From contig CM082580.2 in assembly GCA_040954595.2 (NCBI GenBank), forward strand, positions 7,728,390 through 7,792,389: a DNA stretch of 64,000 nt, given 5' to 3'. The notes beneath the pieces are model-generated. The model had not been told where the DNA came from. It did no database searches and was given only the letters and a program-made list of their open reading frames with translations. Shown here piece by piece: positions 56,421 to 64,000 of the stretch (the first letter of the stretch is position 1; each line of letters starts with the position of its first letter). Made by a program: the position numbers and the translations under genes. Source of the DNA: Balanoglossus misakiensis (taxonomy: Eukaryota > Animalia > Hemichordata).

Positions 56421-58969
56421 TCATCACAGTGTTTCCAAAGGGTCGCATCTATCGCCGGCAGAAAATCATACAGGTTTCGGAATTGCTTCGCTCGTTGGAC
56501 GTAGTCCTTTTACATGTTTTACTGCTGCAGTCCTCCCGACAAAAAAAAAAAAACGATTCAAGCGAAATGGTCGACGCGTCGTAGGAGTGGTCGACGACGT
56601 GACGGCAGGTATTGTACGTGCCCGGTGATCATTGCATGCTACTACGCGCCTAGCCCCGGCTCCCGGTGTTACGCAGAGCTATGCGCCTTGATTTTGGTAG
56701 CCCAATGCACGGCGTTTCGCGTGAAAGCGAAGTTTCGTTTGGGGACAATCATTCATTTATCAACAAATCACAGCGAGAAAACATGAGAAAACAGTCACAC
56801 TACTAGTATTTGAGAAGCATGCAGCAATATGCTTTGTCTGGGTATCATGGGTGTCGATTTTCTCTTCTTTTGTGTGGAATATATTTTGCCCCGATTTTTA
56901 CATGCTCTTTGGTTTCAACAAGAGAAAGTTGATGGCCTGATTATTATCACGGATTATACACTATCATAGTTACGTTTATTTTGCTATGTTGCCATCCGTT
57001 TCATCGTCCGCTAGCAAGACTTTAGCAGGCGAAGATGGTTTTAGTTCTGATTGTCAAGCGTTTTCCGGGGTTTGCGACAAGCTACGTCCGCGCTCCCGAC
57101 TTTTTCCCTTTAGATCGCATGAAATTTTCTTCGGGAAAGATGATGATTTTAGTCATCGACATAAAATATGTGTGCTGTTCCTTCTTAAAGTTTGTTGAAA
57201 AAAGCATGGATTTGGAAAGGGCATCCGGTGTAAAAATTTTAAACATAGACTAAATCACCGATTAAACTGGATCATTGCTGTATCCAAAAATGTAAAGACC
57301 TTACAAAACTGATTAAGACTCGGCGTTGCATCTTCTTGCCTCTGTAGGCCCATTGTGAGTTTTATTAGAGTCGTAAAAAGGAAATATCACTAGATTTTAC
57401 ATAGGGATGAGTGCATCTGGTATACCAAATACATAAACTTTGTTGCTTTTCGCTGTTTGAAACGGGTTGGAAGACAGTTCGGAAGTGATGGACGACCAGG
57501 GAGACAGAAATGACCAACTTAATGTAACTGATGACAGACATTGGCAAAACATCGTGATCTAATGCGTTTGGCAGCAAACTCAACTCAAAACACATGGTTC
57601 ATCCTGTACACACATTTATTTACTTGCAAGTAACATGCACCCCTTGGAAGTCGGGATTTCTTCTCAAGTTTCAAACAGTCCCTTTTCCTTGCACCAAAAC
57701 GAAGTCTTGGTCAGTGTTTTCCGACACTCAAAGCGCCTGCTACATCACCTTTCCATCTTCCTGCAATCTCACGTCACGCCAGTTTCAGACAACTGACTTT
57801 ACAGCACGGGCGTGGCTCGCTATATGGCTATAAAATTACTCATTATAATACAATGCAGTTGTTCTCCGTGTCTGTCATCGCTACAAATGGTCTCTTTTAC
57901 ATCAGAAGTCGCCGAAAGGTAAACATTCATGCACAGCAGGGCCAGTGTGTAGGCCGTAGTCTTGGTACGACAAATAGTTGCTCCCCCCAGGGGGTAGTTA
58001 GGTTCGGCTTGTGTAGCTCCTATTCAAGCCTGCTGTGCCAGTGACTGTTTTTATTGGGACATTTGCTCTCTCACACAGATAACACTACTATTCCAGTGCA
58101 TCCAGCTGTTCCTCTTGTTTACTTGAGACTTCCAACTATATGTGGTTTTAATTACCGCTCGTCTCTGTGTGAGTGTTCATATAATTATCAACTTCACTCG
58201 TTGTCTCTATTGTGTGTTCCAAACACTTTGTAGTGGTTTTTTTTTTTGCACGAATTGTATGTAATGAACAATACAAAAACGAAAGTAGCTCTAACTAAAT
58301 GTTAGAAAACGGTGTCCGTACAGTCTGGTAGCTGCTCCTGTTTGCAAAATCGCGATGCGGGTACGTATACACCTGCTGGGAAACCTTTCTATTCTTAGAA
58401 TAACGTCATCGTGATTTACGAGTAACAATAAATCCCAGGCTTTGCTGAGGGATATAAATAAATAAATACACATTAGAGAACGGAAGCAAAATACATCGGA
58501 AAACCAGATGTGAAGTAAAAGTGAAAGAAGGGTGGCAGTCGTTTCCAGGAAAATGTCTACCTGTTTATTTCCAACAACTGTCAAAAGAACATGACATAAA
58601 ATGACAACACACTAAATTCATTTTACGAGACCGACGTTTTTTTTTTATCACGGACAGTATGTTACCTGTTATTACCATATAGTCAAGTATCTAGCTATAT
58701 TTTGTCTTCTTTGCGTCTAGTTTTGGAAGCAAAGCGGACAAAATACGGACAGATACTAGACTAGTTTACCATACGGTACTTATATTACAGTACATTGCAA
58801 GCCCTACTATTATGACAGGAAATTTATACATTCAGATATTTTAAAAGCATGACTAAACAGTTAGGAAGTGTTTTCCAACAAATCGTTTGGTTACATTATT
58901 TAGCAAGATCATATGCGTGAACGTCCCGTCCAGATCCAGGCAGACAGCCCCTCCCCCACCCGTAAACTT

Positions 58970-59789
58970 ATGCCTAAAAACTGACCGCAGGTGCGAAGAA
59001 GTTCAAGCGAAAGGTGGCATGAACTGCAAAACTATCGCCAAGGATAATGAATCAATCAGGTGGTACACCTGCACTGACGGAATTTGTAATACGGTATACA
59101 GATGGAAACGGCGCAGCTGTCAGGTGCAACGCGACGTTGACACCGGAACTGGTCCAGCCTGGGAAACTCATCCGCAACTTGATTGTACATCATGTATACG
59201 GGAATGAAACTGTTTCGCTCGTACAGTTTACAAACAAGACTGCAGAGCGCGCTTGTAAACCTCCCTCGAAATGAAAACTGACGTTTCACATCACAAAGTC
59301 TGTCAGATCATCACGTATACATACCCATGTTTGGAGATTATCGGCGACGATCTACGCTATACTGCCGATGCGGTGCGCCTGGCTCTCGGTCTGCTCGGTG
59401 AGCGCAGCGTTCTCACACAGTACAGGTGGCGGTGCTTCGGAATCATGCAACGTGTTGCGTGTGCGGTCGATCTTCGGTACCAGACTAAATGGGGGGAAAT
59501 CACAGGGAATCAAATCGAAAGAACAGACCTGATGGTGTGTATTCATCCATACCCGGAAATTGATTGTTTTCCACTGAAGTTGTTTGTATGTATATGAACT
59601 ATGATAAGGTTATTCCCCGATTTTGAAATGGAGGCTGATCACATGATAGGCGTATATTTTGCCTGGAACATACCACTATATTACGTGTATGACAAGAGGA
59701 AGTCGGTGTCTGTCTCAAAATATTTATTCTGGTCGCAAAAGACCACCGTTTGCTTGAAATTGGACAGTGAGCTGGAACTACAATGTTGA
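58970..59789 (+). pseudogene. Two decayed, overlapping, intronless ORFs of unknown (possibly viral/Polinton) origin
   Basis: ORF A (58970-59274) needs one A restored and one TGA read through: MPK(K)LTAGAKKFKRKVA*TAKLSPRIMNQSGG...PPSK. It overlaps ORF B by ATGA. ORF B (59271-59789) has one internal TGA at 59595-59597. Confidence 0.4.
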
Positions 59790-60029
59790 ATGTCGCGAAA
59801 TATGCAAACGTAACATGTAGTCTACTGCGTGACATATGTTATTTCTCAAGGTACAACGTATAGAGAGAAATAAATGTTTTGTTGTTTCGTGAGGGCGCTG
59901 TTTATGGGAGTATGAATATCAAGTAGGTGGGGTTAATCAGGTCAGTCTACGCGCTACCACCGGCCAGTCAAGTCGCCTTGTGATCCGTTAAATTTTTCGC
60001 TCGTCGGTTGCCCCTCGTTCTCCTACGAA

Positions 60030-60742
60030 ATGTCAGCAGCTGACGGTAATCCCAACAACGATCCTGCCATAGACATTCAGAGGATCATACAGGCGAACAA
60101 CAACCAGTTGTTAGTATCCATCAATCAGCTAGTGACGGATAAAATGACTACGATGAAACATGACTTACAGTCCACTCAAGAAGTAGTAAATCGAGAGCAG
60201 ATGGCGGAGATAAAGAAGATCAAGTTTGCGGAAGTTCCACGCTTCAAAAGAAAAGCCAACGAGGATCAATACAAGCACAACTGTAAGGTGTTGGACACGT
60301 TGGACGATAGCAAAACCAGTATGGAGTTGAAGAATTTCGAAGATGCCAAGCTGAAACTCGCTAAAGGTATTGACATGGTCAACCAAAGACAAAACTTATA
60401 TTGCTAGCAGATAGTTCTGACTTCGGTTAGGGAACAGCACTGGAATACCAGTCCCATGAGCTAGCAGAGGATAGTGATGACGAAAAAAGAATATGGAAGG
60501 CAGAAATGAGAGCGAGTCGAAAACTCAAAGAGAAGAAAAACAAGAAACCCCGCTTTTCGCAGAAGTCGGATTCTTTCAGCCAACAGACTGAACCAGCTAC
60601 GAAACGGAACTCATTTGGAACGAGTCAGAGGCCCGGGGTATGTTTCGCCTGCGGGAAGGCGGGACACTACAGGTCGGAATGTAGAGCGATGGTGGCGAGC
60701 ACTACTGGTGGTGGTAATGGTAGTGGCGGCGGGAAGCCCTGA
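60030..60742 (+). pseudogene. DIRS gag-like ORF1, disrupted
   Basis: Restoring one A at ~60391-60394 and TAG to TGG at 60428-60430 gives [43 protein letters not shown], continuing to the zinc knuckle CFACGKAGHYRSEC. Confidence 0.85.
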
Positions 60743-60751
60743 CTATATGGA

Positions 60752-62914
60752 ATGACAGAAGAATTGTCAACACAGTTAAGTACTGATATCCCATTTTCAG
60801 AAACTAGCGATGATGATGTAAGCAGGTTTAGCGATGGGGATTTTGATTCCTTGACGAGGGATGAACATGAGTTCATTCATTTTTCATTGGTGGATTTTAC
60901 CACTGTTTCACCCGGTTTTTTAGTTTTTGGTAGCCCGCCAAAATCAGTGAAAGTTCGGGGTTCTCTGCTGAAAAATCTTGCGTTTTGGCGCCAACACGCA
61001 CCGCCGTCTATTGTTAGTGTGGTCCAGTTTGGCTACAAATTGCCACTTTTGTCTTTTCCCGCGCCCATGTTTTCTCAGAACAATCGTTCTGCGCTGGTAC
61101 ATCGTGATTTCGTGGAATTTTCCATTCTCGATTTTTTAGATACGGGGGCTATCGAAGAAGTGCCTTCACAGCCATATGTTTGCAATCCCATCTCAGTTTC
61201 AGTCAGTAGGGAGGGAAAGAAAAGGTTTATTTTGGATCTAAGGAGAGTTAATCTCTTTTTGTACAAGAACAAGTTTAAGTGTGAAGACCTCAGGGTGGCC
61301 AAGGAATTTCTTGGTTCAGGTAAATTCTTGTTCAAGTTCGATCTCAAGTCAGGATATCATCATGTCGAAATTTTCCCGGAGCACCGTAAGTTTCTTGGTT
61401 TCGCCTGGGATTTTGATGAAGGCAGAAGATATTTCAAATTCTGTGTTTTGCCTTTCGGCCTAGCTACAGGCCCGTATATTTTTACCAAGTTACTTCGTCC
61501 AATTGTCAGGAAGTGGAGAGGAGAAGGTAAGTCAATAGCGGTCTTTATTGATGATGGGCTGGGGGCCGCTGGTCCCTTTGAAAAAGCCTTAAAGGAAGCG
61601 GAACAGGTGAGATCAGATCTGGCAAAATTTGGCTTTATTACAAGTGAGCACAAATGCATATGGTTTCCTGTGCAAGTTTTGACATGGCTAGGCAATGTCA
61701 TAAACATGGTAGAAGGTAAGTTGTTCATAACGATCGATAGAATCAGTAGATTGTTGAATTCAATTCAGAATTTGCTGGAGTTTACTAGATGCAATGCTTC
61801 AGTTCCTGTACGTAGACTAGCCCATGTGGTAGGGCAGATCATTTCCATGAGGTCAGGTGTAGGTAATATCACATTGCTTATGACACGTCATCTGTATTTT
61901 GTGATCTGCAACAGACAATCCTGGAACAGTTTTGTTGGGTTGACAAAGCCTGCCATTAATGAACTAGAATTTTGGCAGGCAAATCTAGGTAAGTTAAATG
62001 GCATGCCACTTTGGAATTGTTCCAAAGCAGAATCGGTCATATACTCGGACGCATCGCAAAATGCATATGGAGGTTATATTGTTGAACACAGTAATGTGGT
62101 AGCTCACGGTAACTGGAGCACATATGAGTCGGAACAGAGTTCCACCTGGCGAGAATTACAAGCAGTGTATAAAGTGCTGTTATCTATAGCCAGTTTTGTT
62201 GCGGGACGGCACGTCAAGTGGTTTACTGATAACCAAAACGTAGTGACAATTGTCAATAAGGGCAGTATGAAACCTGAGCTACAGAAGATAGCTCTGGCAA
62301 TTTTTGCAGTTTGCATGCAGTTTGGGATTTCAATCGAGCCAGAGTGGGTGCCTAGATCAGCCAATGAGCGTGCAGATTACATAAGCAAGCTTGTGGATAC
62401 AGACGATTGGTCAGTAAACTTGCGTTATTTTAAACTGTTGAGCAAGCATTGGGGACCGTTCCGGGTAGATAGATTTGCATCATCATACAATGCTAAGTGC
62501 GCGATCTTCAATTCCCGGTTTTGGTGTCCTAATACAGCAGCAATGGATGCTTTTACACAAGATTGGGGGTCAGAGGTCAACTGGTTGGTACCACCTACAT
62601 ATCTAATAGGCAGGACATTAAGGCACCTCCAATTCTGCAAGGGAAAGGGAGCTTTGGTAATCCCGCTGTGGAGATCGGCCTATTTTTGGCCTTTGATTTG
62701 CCCTGATGGGGTGCATTTAGCTCCGTTCATACATGATTGGTTAGAATTACCAAGCAATGATCCATTACTTTTCCTGCCAGGTAAGGGCAGAAATTCAGTC
62801 TTCGGTGGAAGACCACTCAGTTTTAGAGTGCTTGCATTGTGGATAGATTTCAGCATTCCATGTCGAATGTTCAATAAGGAATTTTCCACAGTTTACATGG
62901 GCAAGATGTGTTGA
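60752..62914 (+). CDS. DIRS pol: reverse transcriptase, RNase H, DAM-methyltransferase-like domain
   Basis: RT: KKRFILDLR, FKFDLKSGYHH, LPFGL, FIDDG. RNase H: IYSDAS, SSTWREL, WFTDN, NERADYISK. MT-like: VDRFAS...DAFTQDW...NWLVPP. Confidence 0.93.
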   Translation: MTEELSTQLSTDIPFSETSDDDVSRFSDGDFDSLTRDEHEFIHFSLVDFTTVSPGFLVFGSPPKSVKVRGSLLKNLAFWRQHAPPSIVSVVQFGYKLPLLSFPAPMFSQNNRSALVHRDFVEFSILDFLDTGAIEEVPSQPYVCNPISVSVSREGKKRFILDLRRVNLFLYKNKFKCEDLRVAKEFLGSGKFLFKFDLKSGYHHVEIFPEHRKFLGFAWDFDEGRRYFKFCVLPFGLATGPYIFTKLLRPIVRKWRGEGKSIAVFIDDGLGAAGPFEKALKEAEQVRSDLAKFGFITSEHKCIWFPVQVLTWLGNVINMVEGKLFITIDRISRLLNSIQNLLEFTRCNASVPVRRLAHVVGQIISMRSGVGNITLLMTRHLYFVICNRQSWNSFVGLTKPAINELEFWQANLGKLNGMPLWNCSKAESVIYSDASQNAYGGYIVEHSNVVAHGNWSTYESEQSSTWRELQAVYKVLLSIASFVAGRHVKWFTDNQNVVTIVNKGSMKPELQKIALAIFAVCMQFGISIEPEWVPRSANERADYISKLVDTDDWSVNLRYFKLLSKHWGPFRVDRFASSYNAKCAIFNSRFWCPNTAAMDAFTQDWGSEVNWLVPPTYLIGRTLRHLQFCKGKGALVIPLWRSAYFWPLICPDGVHLAPFIHDWLELPSNDPLLFLPGKGRNSVFGGRPLSFRVLALWIDFSIPCRMFNKEFSTVYMGKMC

Positions 62915-63019
62915 CTGTTCCCCATAGTGGGAGGCTCTAGTGACCAGTCTAAGAAAGGGTCCATAGAAGCCTGATACTTCTGCTTGCCATCCGATGGGAA
63001 CTATGGCGTTAAGTTGTAA

Positions 63020-64000
63020 GAATTGATCACTCAAAATTTTATTTTTGCAGAAGCGGATGTGTTTGACCATGGAATATGGAAAGAATTTAGTAATCTGGAA
63101 GATCCAGAGCTGCAACAACTGGTGAAGCACCTCCCAAGTATTGCCATGGCTTCACGAGCAGACTCTACTGTCAAGTTGTATACAAACGCTTTCCAGAAAT
63201 GGGCCACCTTTGCGGTCAAACATTCTTTTCCAGTTGTTCCTGCAGAAGCCTCACATGTTGCTTTGTATTTGAGTGGGCTTATTCAGAATTCGATTCAGGG
63301 AGGGAATACTAGACATTCAGTGGAAACTGCTGTTTACAGTATTCAGTGGGTACATCATACATCAGGTTTAACTTCTCCCACGCAGCATCCATTCGTTAAG
63401 AATTTAGTGGAATCAGCTAAGCGGTTGCTTGGGAGACCTGTGAGCAAAAAAGAAGCAGTCACTCCACAAATCCTCACAAATGTAGTGGAATTCTTCAAAG
63501 ATTCCCATTCTCTGCGTGATATAAGAGACATCTGTCTTATTCTTGTTGCATTTGCTGGTTTTCTTAGATTTAGTGATGTTATTAACATTAAGAGATCTCA
63601 CATTGCATTTTCTTCTTCACATGTTTCGATCGTCATTGACAAAAGCAAGAATGACCAATACAAGAAGGGCAATATTGTTCACATTGCCAAAACAGGTAAA
63701 CTCACCTGTCCTGTTACATATCTTGAGAGGTATTTGAGTGTTTCTGGCATTCCAGCAGATTCTTCCTGTTACATTTTTCGGCCTTTGTTTGCTTCCAAAG
63801 GCATCGTTTCATTGGTACATACTAACAAACATCTTAGTTATACCAGGGTAAGAGAGTTGGTGCATGAAAAACTAAAAGTGGCAGTTTCAGATGTCCACGC
63901 TTTTGGCACACACTCTCTGCGTATTGGAGGGGCGACCACAGCAGCAAAAGCTGGGGTACCTTCTCATAGGTTAATGAGACACGGTAGATGGCGTTCAGTA
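63020..64000 (+). CDS. DIRS tyrosine recombinase (partial, runs off right edge)
   Basis: Open frame from 63020 contains SRADSTVKLY, FAGFLRFSD, SKNDQYKKG, TCPV, HSLRIGGAT and RHGRWRS. No ATG occurs until 63146. Confidence 0.92.

Larger units (their letters stand above)
59887..64000 (+). mobile_element. DIRS-superfamily (PAT-like) tyrosine-recombinase retrotransposon, truncated by the window edge
   Basis: Order is gag with CCHC knuckle, then RT-RNase H-methyltransferase-like domain, then tyrosine recombinase. The left boundary is approximate. Confidence 0.92.

Noticed and set aside
56115-56448. Candidate TRANK1 first exon (donor near 56238), 68-aa minus ORF, and a plus-strand CAG|GTGAGT donor at ~56115
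   Set aside because: Could not be joined in frame or assigned to a transcript from sequence alone.

Overview
This is intron-rich eukaryotic DNA from an animal, most likely a marine invertebrate (inferred from gene content; the species cannot be determined). From left to right it holds: two tandem minus-strand GH9 endoglucanase genes with acidic, furin-site propeptides (one complete; one running off the left edge); a PROSER1-like DUF4476/coiled-coil gene; a small replication-dependent histone cluster (H4, H2A, H2B); a degenerate WSCD-type sulfotransferase-like gene; an 18-exon ORP10/11-type oxysterol-binding protein gene; a ~33-exon TRANK1 gene (TPR-ankyrin-RelE-like-UvrD helicase); a patch of decayed intronless ORFs; and a DIRS/PAT-type tyrosine-recombinase retrotransposon running off the right edge. 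The most notable observations are: (1) a young palindromic MITE inserted exactly into the H2A stop codon; (2) a duplicated, symmetric propeptide cassette exon in the cellulase; (3) a Rab-effector-like N-terminal helix on the ORP; (4) an IRF element next to a STAT GAS site upstream of TRANK1; (5) phase-compatible splice sites that could join the DIRS gag N-terminus to pol or to the recombinase. Gene models were built by eye from GT-AG sites and reading frame. Family calls come from recognised motifs, not from database searches.
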